Notes under the pieces: model-generated
What the model was told of the DNA's origin: nothing
Seen by the model: the letters and a program-made list of their open reading frames with translations, nothing else
Database searches by the model: none
From: an uncultured Eubacteriales bacterium
GTDB taxonomy: Bacteria > Bacillota > Clostridia > Christensenellales > CAG-138
Direction of reading: 5' to 3'
DNA length: 64,000 nt
NCBI GenBank assembly: GCA_900319345.1
Contig: ONNZ01000010.1
Coordinates: 12,946-76,945, forward strand
In this document: piece after piece, positions 8,476-16,193 of the stretch
Layout: every line of letters starts with the position of its first letter
Position numbering within the stretch: position 1 is the stretch's first letter
Made by a program: the position numbers and the translations under genes

Positions 8476-8781
8476 ATGTCGTGCAAGGTCATCGTAGAGG
8501 CCGCCCCGCAGCGGGTGGATGTGAACGCACGGGCTCCTGGCGTAACCGTGCGCCCGGAAATGCCCATCCTTAGAGAGATCATCGGGCACAGCACGTACAT
8601 CCATGACCAGGATGTGCCAGCATCAACATGGACGATCAACCACAACCTGAACACGTACCCTTCCGTCACCATCGTGGATTCCGCCGGCACCTGCGTATTC
8701 GGCGCCGTCCGGTACGCGAATGCGAACACGATCGTCTGCAGCTTTTCCGGAGCGTTTTCGGGCAAAGCTTATCTCAATTAA
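8476..8781 (+). CDS. Phage structural-module hypothetical protein
   Basis: 101 aa. It is coupled to the upstream gene and lies before the fibre genes. Confidence 0.5.
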   Translation: MSCKVIVEAAPQRVDVNARAPGVTVRPEMPILREIIGHSTYIHDQDVPASTWTINHNLNTYPSVTIVDSAGTCVFGAVRYANANTIVCSFSGAFSGKAYLN

Positions 8782-8793
8782 AAGGAGGACTTT

Positions 8794-9924
8794 ATGGCAA
8801 ATCCACGTGTATTTCTCGTCCCTATTGACCTGGGCGGCCTTCAGATCCTGAATGCCTGCTTCCAGGCCCTTGCCACGGCGCCGCAGAATCCCCAGTACGG
8901 CAGATACTACCTCGATAGCACTGACGGGCTGATCAAGTACTGGGACGGCACGGCCTGGCAATCCTTCGGCGCCGTGTTCTCGGTCAACGGCCAGACCGGC
9001 GCTGTCGTCCTGACCCAGGACGACATCGGGGACGGCACCACCTACAAGCGCACCCACAACGATCTGACCAACGAGCTGGTCTCCGCCATAAGCAACGCGC
9101 TCCAGAAGACCGGCGGCACCATGTCCGGCGCCATCGCCATGGGCGGAAATAAGGTCACCGGTTTGGGCAGCGGCACGGCGGACGGCGACGCGGTGAACTA
9201 CGGGCAGATGCTGACCGCCATCCGTGAGAACGCCGGCATCTACCGCGGCACGTATGCCACCAAGGCCGCGCTGGACGCTGTTGCATGGCAGACCAGCGAC
9301 CCGTCGGCGCCCTTCTATGTAAGCAACAACGACTTCGCTATCGTCACAGCCGATGAAACACACTCCGGCGAGACGTGGCGGTATACGTACGTTTCCGGTA
9401 CCGGATCCGGAACGGGCTGGCAGGCGCAGTACAAGATCAACGAGACCCCCTTCAGCCAGGCCCAGCTGGACGCCATCAATTCGGGCATCACTGCTGCGCT
9501 GGTGGCGAAGATCGGCACGAGCGAGACTGCCATCTCCCAGACCCGCTCGATGATCGCCGGGGTGGAGTCTTCGTCCACCGCTTCCCGTGCATATGCGGTA
9601 GGTGAATACTTCATCTTCAGCAATGTTTTGTACCGTGCCACGTCGGCCATCGCGTCCGGCGGCACCATCACGCCCGGGACGAATTGCACAGCGGTGGACC
9701 TTGCCAGCGAGCTCAACCGGCAGGCCGTAAAAGTGGCGATCGGCACCATCGGGACCAACGCGACCTCGGCGTCCGTCAGTTTCACGGGGACGGTTATAAA
9801 CGCCTATGCGACGCAGGGCGGGTCTCAGGTCATCGTTGACGTCTCCATCGGCGTGTCCGCCGTCACGTTTACCGTGGCTTCCGCCCCGTCCTCCGCTGTG
9901 ACCTGCACGGTCGTGTACGTCTGA
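8794..9924 (+). CDS. Tail fibre protein
   Basis: 376 aa with SD AAAGGAGG. It carries the fibre-type motif GNKVTGLGSGTADGDAVNYGQM and a Thr/Ser/Ala-rich shaft. Confidence 0.6.
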   Translation: MANPRVFLVPIDLGGLQILNACFQALATAPQNPQYGRYYLDSTDGLIKYWDGTAWQSFGAVFSVNGQTGAVVLTQDDIGDGTTYKRTHNDLTNELVSAISNALQKTGGTMSGAIAMGGNKVTGLGSGTADGDAVNYGQMLTAIRENAGIYRGTYATKAALDAVAWQTSDPSAPFYVSNNDFAIVTADETHSGETWRYTYVSGTGSGTGWQAQYKINETPFSQAQLDAINSGITAALVAKIGTSETAISQTRSMIAGVESSSTASRAYAVGEYFIFSNVLYRATSAIASGGTITPGTNCTAVDLASELNRQAVKVAIGTIGTNATSASVSFTGTVINAYATQGGSQVIVDVSIGVSAVTFTVASAPSSAVTCTVVYV

Positions 9925-9948
9925 GACCAATAGCATCGAGGAGGCAGC

Positions 9949-10797
9949 ATGCTTAATCTCGCACCGATAGATCAAAGAGATGATCTCGCGACAAAGGGCT
10001 ATGTTGACGACGCCGTTGGAGCCGTGAAAGCGCTGTGCGGGTTGAGCGTGAGCAGTAACCTGTCGAGCGCTGGGTGGTATAGGGTTCTGAAGCACACAGG
10101 CGCTATGCCTGACGGGTCTATCATTAAATTTTTGATAGGCCGCAACCAGGCAGGAGAGTGCCACGCTATTGACCTGAATGTTCCGTATGACTATGCCTTT
10201 GTAAATGAAGTTTCATCTGCTGGAACGAACTTAGGCATTACGAAAATTCGGGTCACTTCGGATGCGGAGAACCGTTATGTGGATGTTTATTACGCCTTAT
10301 CTTCGACCTGTACGCTTCGTGTTGACTTCGTTGCGGCGGGAACCATAGACAAATCAAGGATTTCCGTTGAAACGCTGCAAGGTGTATACGATGCTCCCAG
10401 CGGGGAAACGGTTCTTGCATCATATGAATTAACAGACAACGTCCCTTTTATTGGTTCAAACGCAAACGGAACATACCGTAAATATGCGGATGGTACTCTT
10501 ATTTGCACAAAAACAGTAAATTTCGGGAATATTACTGCTGGGGAATGGTCTGCATGGGGAGTTTGGTATGAATCAATAGCAGAATATGACGCAGGTAACT
10601 GGCCTTATGAATTTATAGAAGTGCCAACAATGAATGCGACACAAGTACAAACATCGGCAAATGTAGGTGTTGCAGTTGCGGAATTATGGACGGATAGAAC
10701 AACATTAAAAATTGGAAAAACATACTTTTACAGACCAAACGCAAGCCCTACATATGGTGTCACATATAATTTTGTTGGAATTGGAAGATGGAAATAA
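9949..10797 (+). CDS. Second tail fibre / receptor-binding protein (mosaic)
   Basis: 282 aa with SD GAGGAGG. The N-terminal fibre motif is DDLATKGYVDDAVG. The C-terminal roughly 220 codons have much lower GC than the rest of the prophage. Confidence 0.55.
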   Translation: MLNLAPIDQRDDLATKGYVDDAVGAVKALCGLSVSSNLSSAGWYRVLKHTGAMPDGSIIKFLIGRNQAGECHAIDLNVPYDYAFVNEVSSAGTNLGITKIRVTSDAENRYVDVYYALSSTCTLRVDFVAAGTIDKSRISVETLQGVYDAPSGETVLASYELTDNVPFIGSNANGTYRKYADGTLICTKTVNFGNITAGEWSAWGVWYESIAEYDAGNWPYEFIEVPTMNATQVQTSANVGVAVAELWTDRTTLKIGKTYFYRPNASPTYGVTYNFVGIGRWK

Positions 10798-10931
10798 TGC
10801 GGAGGTTTAAATCATGACTTACATCATCGCCGTGGAAGCCTGAAAAAAGGTAATGGCTTCCCCGTATGCGAATGTTGCCTGCGGCTTCGATTGTTCCGAC
10901 TTTGTTTCCTGGTGCTTAAACAAAGTCTGCA

Positions 10932-11234
10932 GTGGCCTGGTCCATGACCAGCTCCTGGACGGACGGATTGGAAGCAAGGGTTTCAGCTGATACGGATGCT
11001 TGGTTTGCACTTGTATCTGCGCGTTGCCACGCTGAGGCAGCTATGGAGGCTCGCGCCAAAAGGGACGTGCTGCTGCAGGCAACAGACGCGGACATGGCGC
11101 TGGATCGGCTAAACCTGATGCCCCCGACCGGCTCCACATTTTCGGCATGGCTTTCCTTTCTCCGGACCCTGGGGGAGGCGCTTAGAAGCAACACGGCCGT
11201 CTACCGTCAGGCTCTGAGAGACGTCACGGAATAG
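10932..11234 (+). CDS. Possible tail-fibre assembly chaperone-like protein (start uncertain: GTG 10932 or ATG 10944)
   Basis: 100 aa. The segment AKRDVLLQATDADMALDRL...AVYRQALRDV resembles fibre-assembly proteins by recall. There is no clear SD. Confidence 0.35.
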   Translation: MAWSMTSSWTDGLEARVSADTDAWFALVSARCHAEAAMEARAKRDVLLQATDADMALDRLNLMPPTGSTFSAWLSFLRTLGEALRSNTAVYRQALRDVTE

Positions 11235-11257
11235 CCCGGTTTTCCTTACGAGATAGA

Positions 11258-11470
11258 ATGGCCGGAGGCACCAAAATGACTACCCTGGAAGCACTTGAAG
11301 TACTACTCAGCGCACTGGAGGAGATGGCCAGCATTATGTACGAGCAGGCTCGGATCATCGAGGAACACAAGACTGTCGATGAGGAGACTGAACGCCAGCT
11401 TGCTGCCAGGCGGACCAATGTGAACGACCTGATTTCAAAGGGTAAAGAGGATTATACCTATGTTTATTGA
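11258..11470 (+). CDS. Small phage hypothetical protein
   Basis: 70 aa, helical and acidic. It overlaps the next ORF by 11 nt. Confidence 0.4.
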   Translation: MAGGTKMTTLEALEVLLSALEEMASIMYEQARIIEEHKTVDEETERQLAARRTNVNDLISKGKEDYTYVY

Positions 11471-11738
11471 CGCGGATGCAATTATCAAGACTGCTGCTGT
11501 GCTGGGCGCGCTTGGCGTGCTTACGGGTGCTATCGTTGCCGTCTACAAGATCCTGGAGAGCAACAGGCGGCAGAGCGCGGAGATCAACGCGATGAAGGAA
11601 GAGCAGACTATCATCTGCTATGCCCTGCAGGGCGCACTACAGGGGCTGATCGAGCAAGGCTGTGACGGACCATGTAGGGATGCTTTGAAAATGCTCCAGA
11701 AGCACTTGAATAAAACGGCCCACAAGCCGGATCTATGA
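11460..11738 (+). CDS. Holin-like small membrane protein (BhlA/UviB-like)
   Basis: 92 aa with a single N-terminal transmembrane segment (AIIKTAAVLGALGVLTGAIVAVYKIL) and a charged tail. It occupies the lysis-cassette position. Confidence 0.45.
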   Translation: MFIDADAIIKTAAVLGALGVLTGAIVAVYKILESNRRQSAEINAMKEEQTIICYALQGALQGLIEQGCDGPCRDALKMLQKHLNKTAHKPDL

Positions 11739-11766
11739 ATTCAAATAAAACGAAGGGAGAAACAAC

Positions 11767-12294
11767 ATGAAGAAACAAATACTGATGATCCTGCTGGTGC
11801 TGATGGCGCTCATCATGGTGCTCGCACTCACCGCTTGTCAGAAGCCCGTGGAGATTCAGACGCAAAACCCGGATGGCACTCTCACCGTGGCCGGCGTCCT
11901 GATCGAACAGGTGGTCACCATTGTGGCCAGGGTGCTGGAAGCACTGGTGCTGGCCTACGTCGCCTGGGCTCTGGAAAAATTCGGCAAGAACAAAAAACTG
12001 CAGAATTTGAACCTGGCAAACCAGGAGCTGTGTAAGATCGTCAAGCAGACAGTGAGGGAGCTCAACCAGACTATTGTGGCGGAGCTGAAGGAGAAATCCC
12101 CGGACGGAAAGCTTACCGATATTCAGATCGCCGACCTCAATGCAAGGCTGCTCACATTGGTTAAGGCGAAAACCGACGAGGTAACAATCGCATTACTTAC
12201 GGCAGCCGGCGCTGACCTTGACGCTCTGATTACTGGTCAATGTGAAGCGTATCTGGACAAGCTGAAGGAACAGCAGCAGACAGACCATCCTTAA
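11767..12294 (+). CDS. Membrane/lipoprotein, LL-H-holin-like; alternatively a superinfection-exclusion lipoprotein
   Basis: 175 aa with SD GGGAGA. It has a signal peptide with lipobox LALTAC, a second hydrophobic helix and a charged coiled tail. It is the last prophage gene before the tRNA. Confidence 0.45.
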   Translation: MKKQILMILLVLMALIMVLALTACQKPVEIQTQNPDGTLTVAGVLIEQVVTIVARVLEALVLAYVAWALEKFGKNKKLQNLNLANQELCKIVKQTVRELNQTIVAELKEKSPDGKLTDIQIADLNARLLTLVKAKTDEVTIALLTAAGADLDALITGQCEAYLDKLKEQQQTDHP

Positions 12295-12299
12295 TCAAT

Positions 12300-12323
12300 G
12301 GGGTACATTTGGGGGTACATTTT
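12300..12323. repeat. Tandem direct repeat GGGGTACATTT x2 (period 12)
   Basis: Read directly at 12300-12310 and 12312-12322. It lies between the last phage stop codon and tRNA-Pro, and is a candidate arm-type recombinase site. Confidence 0.5.
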
Positions 12324-12354
12324 CAGTGCCATCCAAATCCCATAAAAGCAAAAA

Positions 12355-12386
12355 GCCTGAAATCTCTTGAGATTCCAGGTTTTTCT
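12355..12386. terminator. Bidirectional intrinsic terminator at the prophage / tRNA junction
   Basis: The stem is CCTGAAATCTC / GAGATTCCAGG (one mismatch). An A-run lies upstream and TTTTT downstream. Confidence 0.6.
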
Positions 12387-12388
12387 CG

Positions 12389-12465
12389 TGGTCGGGGCGA
12401 CGGGATTTGAACCCACGACCTTTTGGTCCCGAACCAAACGCGCTACCAAACTGCGCTACGCCCCG
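12389..12465 (-). tRNA. tRNA-Pro (anticodon CGG), CCA encoded
   Basis: Hand-folded 77-nt cloverleaf with acceptor CGGGGCG/CGCCCCG, anticodon stem TTTGG/CCAAA, loop TTCGGGA and T-loop TTCAAAT. Confidence 0.9.
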
Positions 12466-12471
12466 AAAAAA

Positions 12472-12498
12472 AGGGGACTAAGGCCGACCTTAGCCCCT
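12472..12498. other. Terminator-like hairpin in the tRNA-Thr/tRNA-Pro spacer
   Basis: The stem is AGGGGACTAAGG / CCTTAGCCCCT (one bulge). It is flanked by A7 on one side and T5 on the other. Confidence 0.4.
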
Positions 12499-12504
12499 TT
12501 TTCA

Positions 12505-12580
12505 TGGAGCCAAATGTCAGACTCGAACTGACGACCTGCGCATTACGAATGCGCTGCTCTACCGACTGAGCTAATTTGGC
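12505..12580 (-). tRNA. tRNA-Thr (anticodon CGU), CCA encoded
   Basis: Hand-folded 76-nt cloverleaf with acceptor GCCAAAT/ATTTGGC, D arm GCTC..GAGC, anticodon loop TTCGTAA and T arm GTCAG TTCGAGT CTGAC. Confidence 0.9.
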
Positions 12581-12602
12581 ACGCTTCTTACGAAGCTTGC
12601 TT

Positions 12603-12631
12603 ATAATAGCAAATCACAGGGGAAAAGTCAA
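12603..12631 (-). promoter_or_regulatory. Sigma-A-type promoter for the tRNA-Thr/Pro unit
   Basis: On the minus strand: TTGACT, a 17-nt spacer, then TATTAT, ending about 22 nt upstream of the tRNA-Thr 5' end. Confidence 0.55.
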
Positions 12632-12645
12632 GATGTTTCGTGCAA

Positions 12646-12677
12646 TAAAAAGAGACCGCCGATCTCTCGGCGGTCTT
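12646..12677 (-). terminator. Intrinsic terminator of the PG-binding protein gene
   Basis: The stem is AGACCGCCGA / TCGGCGGTCT (10 bp perfect), followed on the minus strand by CTTTTTATT. Confidence 0.65.
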
Positions 12678-12691
12678 GTCCGTTTTCGTTC

Positions 12692-13465
12692 TCAATACCC
12701 CAGCAGTAGCTGCAGGGTCTTGGTTCCGGCCTGGCCGTCCACAGTCAGGTTGTTGGCCTTCTGGAAGGCCTTCACGGCGGCCACGGTGTCCGTGCCGCAG
12801 TAGCCAGTGGCCTTGCCCTTCAGATACCCCTTCTTGATCAAGGCTTCCTGGACGGTCCTGACGATGTCCAGCTTGTCCTTCTCCTTCATGGTGTAGGCGG
12901 TGGCCTTGTCGGACATGAGCTTGTCGTAGGTGTCCTTGTCGCACTTGCCCGTCTGCTTTAGATCGTTCCGCTCCTGGAACTTGGTGACGGCCTTGGAGCA
13001 CATGGCGCCGTACAGGGTGGTCACCTGGCCCTTGCCTTCAGCATCCTTCTCGGGGTAGGGCATGTAGTGGAGATCCACCAGCCGCTGCTGCACCTTCTTC
13101 ACGGTCTCGCCGTCGTTGGTGCCGCCCACTTCCAACGTCTTGAAATCGCCGGTGGCAGTGGTGTCGGGGGTCTCCGCGGGGGTCGCTTCCGGTTCGTCGG
13201 TGGAGGTGACCTCTGGGGTGGCCGTGGGCACGGCTGTGGGCTTCAGGGTGGCCACGGCGGTGGCGGTGGGTTCGGCGACTGCGGCCTTAGCCTTGTTCTT
13301 GGCACAGGAGCCGGAGAAGGCCAGGATCAGGATGGCGGCGATCAGGATGATGGCTGCCGCCGCGAACAGCAGCAGCGTCATGAGCCGCACCCGATAGGTG
13401 GCCCCGCCCAGGCGCAGCTTTATGTATTTGTCCATCAAGGAAGTCTTTTCGTTTTCTTCACTCAT
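12692..13465 (-). CDS. Membrane-anchored protein with two peptidoglycan-binding (PG_binding_1-like) repeats
   Basis: 257 aa with an N-terminal TM helix and a Thr/Pro/Ala/Glu linker. The two repeats are VKKVQQRLVDLHYMP...AVTKFQERNDLKQTGKCD and VRTVQEALIKKGYL...AVKAFQKANNLTVDGQAG. No catalytic domain is recognisable. Confidence 0.6.
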   Translation of the reverse strand: MSEENEKTSLMDKYIKLRLGGATYRVRLMTLLLFAAAAIILIAAILILAFSGSCAKNKAKAAVAEPTATAVATLKPTAVPTATPEVTSTDEPEATPAETPDTTATGDFKTLEVGGTNDGETVKKVQQRLVDLHYMPYPEKDAEGKGQVTTLYGAMCSKAVTKFQERNDLKQTGKCDKDTYDKLMSDKATAYTMKEKDKLDIVRTVQEALIKKGYLKGKATGYCGTDTVAAVKAFQKANNLTVDGQAGTKTLQLLLGY

Positions 13466-13588
13466 CGTTTTTCCCTCCCTTTATGTGTTGCGTGAACGGT
13501 ACAATACATATTGTATACATTTACGTATACATTCTTCAACAAAAGTATGAACAGAATATTAACAAATGCACAAAAAAGGAGGATTTTG

Positions 13589-14674
13589 CTAATTATTTAC
13601 AATTCTTTCGGAAAAATACACCCTGTCCACGAAGGGGGAGGTATACAGCCGCAGCAGGGCCCCGTAGGAGGGAGCGAAGGTAAGCTTGTCGCCCACGCGC
13701 GCGTCGGGACAGCGGGTCAGGTCCACCAGCAGATGGTCGGAGCTGCCGCCCAGGATCTCCACGCCCTGGCCCAGGGGCCGGAGCCCATCGATGTCCACGT
13801 CCTGGCGGCCGATGGCGCAGATGCCCCGGATCATGTCGCCCTTGTCTTCAAAGTCCACCTTCTCCCCGAAGGCGTTGATGGAGCTTTCTCCCACGGGCCG
13901 GGAGGGCTTTCGCTGGACCTCCACCAGCTTCGCTTCCAAAGTGAACACGTCCTGCCGGAGCCCCACCAAGGGCCCGCCGTGGGCCGTGTCCGTACCCAGG
14001 AGGATGCTTTCGCCGATCCGGAGGTTGGTCACCCCCTCCGGCATCTTCCCGGAAAGCAGCAGGGGCAGGGAGCTGGAATTGCCGCCGGAGACGAAGGGGA
14101 GGGGCAGGGTGAACCGGCGCCGAAGGTCGTCGGCGATGTCCACCAGGACACCCAGGTTGTCGGGGGAGGGGACGATGCCGCCGAAGCAGGTCAGGTTGGT
14201 GCCCACGCCGTACAGCTCCAGGGCGCTCTCCCGCACCACGGCCTCCGCCGCAGCAAGGATGCCCTCGCTGTTCTCGAAGTAGATGCCCTCCCTGAGGTCG
14301 CCCAAGTCGATCATCAGCACCACTTTATGTTTCTTTCCCTGCTCCTTGGCGGCCTTGCCCAGGGCCCGGATGGTGTCCACTTCGCTCTGCAGGCTCACGT
14401 CCGCCGTGCGCACGATCTCATCCGCCTCCTCAGGGCAGCCGATCCGCAGCATCATCCGGGGCAGTCCCTGGGACAGACGAGCCATGTTTAGCAGCCGGGA
14501 ATCCGCAAAGAGGGCCACGCCCTCCTCACGGGCGGCCTCGGTGAGGACCGGGTCGGAAAGGGTGCACTTGGTCACGTAGGCCACCGATATGCCCTTCTTT
14601 CGACACCAGCCGGTGACCGTCCGCACGTTCTGCCGGAACTTGTTCACGTCCACGGTCAGCCTTGGATAGCTCAT
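13589..14674 (-). CDS. orr: Ornithine racemase (alanine-racemase-fold PLP enzyme)
   Basis: 361 aa. It has an N-terminal PLP-lysine context (VAYVTKCTL). It is the terminal gene of the ord-ortAB-oraSE cluster, as in the Clostridium sticklandii ornithine operon. Its start overlaps the upstream stop codon. Confidence 0.65.
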   Translation of the reverse strand: MSYPRLTVDVNKFRQNVRTVTGWCRKKGISVAYVTKCTLSDPVLTEAAREEGVALFADSRLLNMARLSQGLPRMMLRIGCPEEADEIVRTADVSLQSEVDTIRALGKAAKEQGKKHKVVLMIDLGDLREGIYFENSEGILAAAEAVVRESALELYGVGTNLTCFGGIVPSPDNLGVLVDIADDLRRRFTLPLPFVSGGNSSSLPLLLSGKMPEGVTNLRIGESILLGTDTAHGGPLVGLRQDVFTLEAKLVEVQRKPSRPVGESSINAFGEKVDFEDKGDMIRGICAIGRQDVDIDGLRPLGQGVEILGGSSDHLLVDLTRCPDARVGDKLTFAPSYGALLRLYTSPFVDRVYFSERIVNN

Positions 14675-16026
14675 AGGCCCATGCTCCTTTTCATCAGCGT
14701 CAGCGCCTCCTTTGGGTACGCCTTGGACATGACGCCCAGGGAGGCCATGATATAGTCATCGTCGAACAGGAGCCGCGCTTCCCCCGGCTTGGGGTAGAGC
14801 ATGGTCCCGCTGGTGTTCATGTCCGCCATCTGCCGCAGCAGCGCCTGCCGATGGGGGAGCCGGGTCAGGGCGCCGCCGGTGCCCACCACATACTTCACCT
14901 GACTAAGGTCTTTGCCCTCCGTCAGGGTCTTGCGCCCCTCGGGCAGGAAGATGTACCGGTAGTGGCCGGCGTGCCGCTGGAGGGCGGTCCTGCCCGCCTC
15001 CAGGCACAGCCGCTCGGTGAGCTTCGTCTGGTCCTCCGTGGCGGGGATGGGGGCGTACCGGGCCATGACCCCTTCCGTGTCGATGCCCAGCTCCCGGTCC
15101 AATTCCTCGGGCCCGATGGCGTCCACCAGGTGCCGGGCGTTCACATACAGGCCCAGGTCCCCCTCCACGGTCCGCTTATTGAAGGGCTCCGGCCGGGTGG
15201 CCATGGCGGCGATCTCGGGGCTGCCCTCGCTGACGGAGTGCACGTCCGTGGTGGCGCCGCCGATGTCCAGCACCACCAGGTCCCCGATCTCGTCGTACAG
15301 GAGCCGGGCCGCCTCCATCACCGCGCCGGGGGTGGGGAGGATGGGGCCCGTGACCATGTCCCGGATGCCCTCCATGCCGGGGGCGCGGACGATGTGCTGC
15401 TCGAAAATCTTCTGGATCATCCGCCGGCAGGGCTCGATGTTCAGCTCGTCCAGCCGGGGGTATACGTTCTCGGTGAGAAAGACGGGGATGCCCGCCGATT
15501 GGAAGATGGCTTTGACCGTGTTCTGGTTCTGCACGTTCCCGGCGTAGAGCACGGGCACGTCACGCATGCCCAGGGCGGCGATCTGCTCGCTGTTATAGAG
15601 GGCGGTCTCCCGTTCGCCGTAGTCCGTGCCGCCGGCGATCAGGATAAGGTTCGGATGCAGGGCCTTCAGGTCCAGGAGGTCGTACCGGCTCATCTTGCCG
15701 CCGGTGACTTGCCGAATGACGCCGCCGGCGCCCAGGGCCGCCGCCTCCGCCGCCCGGACGGTCATGTCGTAGACCAGGCCGTGGACGCTCATACGGAGCC
15801 CTCCCGCCGCGCTGGAGGTGGCCAGCATCTTGTCATAGGTCACCTTGCTTCCCAGGCGGGTCTCCAGGTCCTCCAACGCCCGGGATAGGCCCACCCGCAC
15901 GTCCCCCTCCAACACTGTGGTGGGGGCCATGCCCTGGCCCAAGTACCGGGGCTCGTCTCCCAGCAAAAAGGCGTTCATCAGGGTGGTGGTGGAGCCGATC
16001 TCGGCGATCAATACGTCCGCGTGCAT
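14671..16026 (-). CDS. MutL/GlmL-like ATPase (putative B12-aminomutase reactivase)
   Basis: 451 aa. It has an actin-fold phosphate-1 motif (ADVLIAEIGSTTT) and a second motif (DIGGATTDVHS). It lies between oraE and orr. Confidence 0.6.
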   Translation of the reverse strand: MHADVLIAEIGSTTTLMNAFLLGDEPRYLGQGMAPTTVLEGDVRVGLSRALEDLETRLGSKVTYDKMLATSSAAGGLRMSVHGLVYDMTVRAAEAAALGAGGVIRQVTGGKMSRYDLLDLKALHPNLILIAGGTDYGERETALYNSEQIAALGMRDVPVLYAGNVQNQNTVKAIFQSAGIPVFLTENVYPRLDELNIEPCRRMIQKIFEQHIVRAPGMEGIRDMVTGPILPTPGAVMEAARLLYDEIGDLVVLDIGGATTDVHSVSEGSPEIAAMATRPEPFNKRTVEGDLGLYVNARHLVDAIGPEELDRELGIDTEGVMARYAPIPATEDQTKLTERLCLEAGRTALQRHAGHYRYIFLPEGRKTLTEGKDLSQVKYVVGTGGALTRLPHRQALLRQMADMNTSGTMLYPKPGEARLLFDDDYIMASLGVMSKAYPKEALTLMKRSMGL

Positions 16027-16057
16027 GGTCTTCTCCCGGTGGAAATGATTTTAGTTT

Positions 16058-16083
16058 GCCCCTTTTCTTGCAAGAAAAGGGGC
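16058..16083. other. Perfect 26-nt palindrome GCCCCTTTTCTTG|CAAGAAAAGGGGC in the oraE/mutL-like spacer
   Basis: Read directly. There is no U-tract on either side. Confidence 0.6.
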
Positions 16084-16155
16084 GCAAAAGAACTTTAAGA
16101 ATGAAACGGTGTACCGGAACGAAAAGGGTAAATCTTCTTAAGTTTCTCTTTTTCG

Positions 16156-16193
16156 TGCACCTTTTTCTCTTTGTCTAAAGAGAAAAAGGTGCA
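16156..16193. other. Perfect 17-bp stem-loop TGCACCTTTTTCTCTTT gtct AAAGAGAAAAAGGTGCA in the oraE/mutL-like spacer
   Basis: Read directly. It begins 13 nt after the oraE stop codon (minus sense) and has no U-tract after the stem. Confidence 0.6.

Larger units (their letters stand above)
1..12388 (+). mobile_element. Prophage right arm (siphovirus-like structural plus lysis-like modules); left boundary lies outside the window
   Basis: An uninterrupted same-strand block of capsid, connector, major tail, chaperone with -1 frameshift, tape measure, distal tail, fibre and holin-like ORFs. The block ends 1 nt before the 3' end of tRNA-Pro (12389), the classic tRNA-3'-end integration geometry. No integrase is visible in the window. 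Confidence 0.8.

Noticed and set aside
7270-10164. 444-aa and 513-aa minus-strand ORFs inside the prophage
   Set aside because: They are antisense to the glycine-rich tail protein and the fibre genes. They are Arg/Gly/Ala-rich artefacts and break the uniformly plus-strand phage module.
10814-10843. 9-codon mini-ORF (MTYIIAVEA) with a GGAGG SD after the fibre gene
   Set aside because: It is too short to evaluate and has no supporting feature. It may be fortuitous in the low-GC spacer.
1-12388. Whole-prophage TAG (amber) reassignment as the explanation for the in-frame TAG at 5971
   Set aside because: The other TAG stop at 8125 is followed within 8 codons by TAA and by a normal SD and start. 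The TAG at 11232 ends a gene normally. TGA and TAA stops are equally common at junctions. The evidence supports at most local readthrough, not a changed code.
12576-12803. 75-aa plus-strand ORF
   Set aside because: It overlaps the tRNA-Thr 5' end, the tRNA promoter and a terminator, and it runs antisense into the PG-binding gene.
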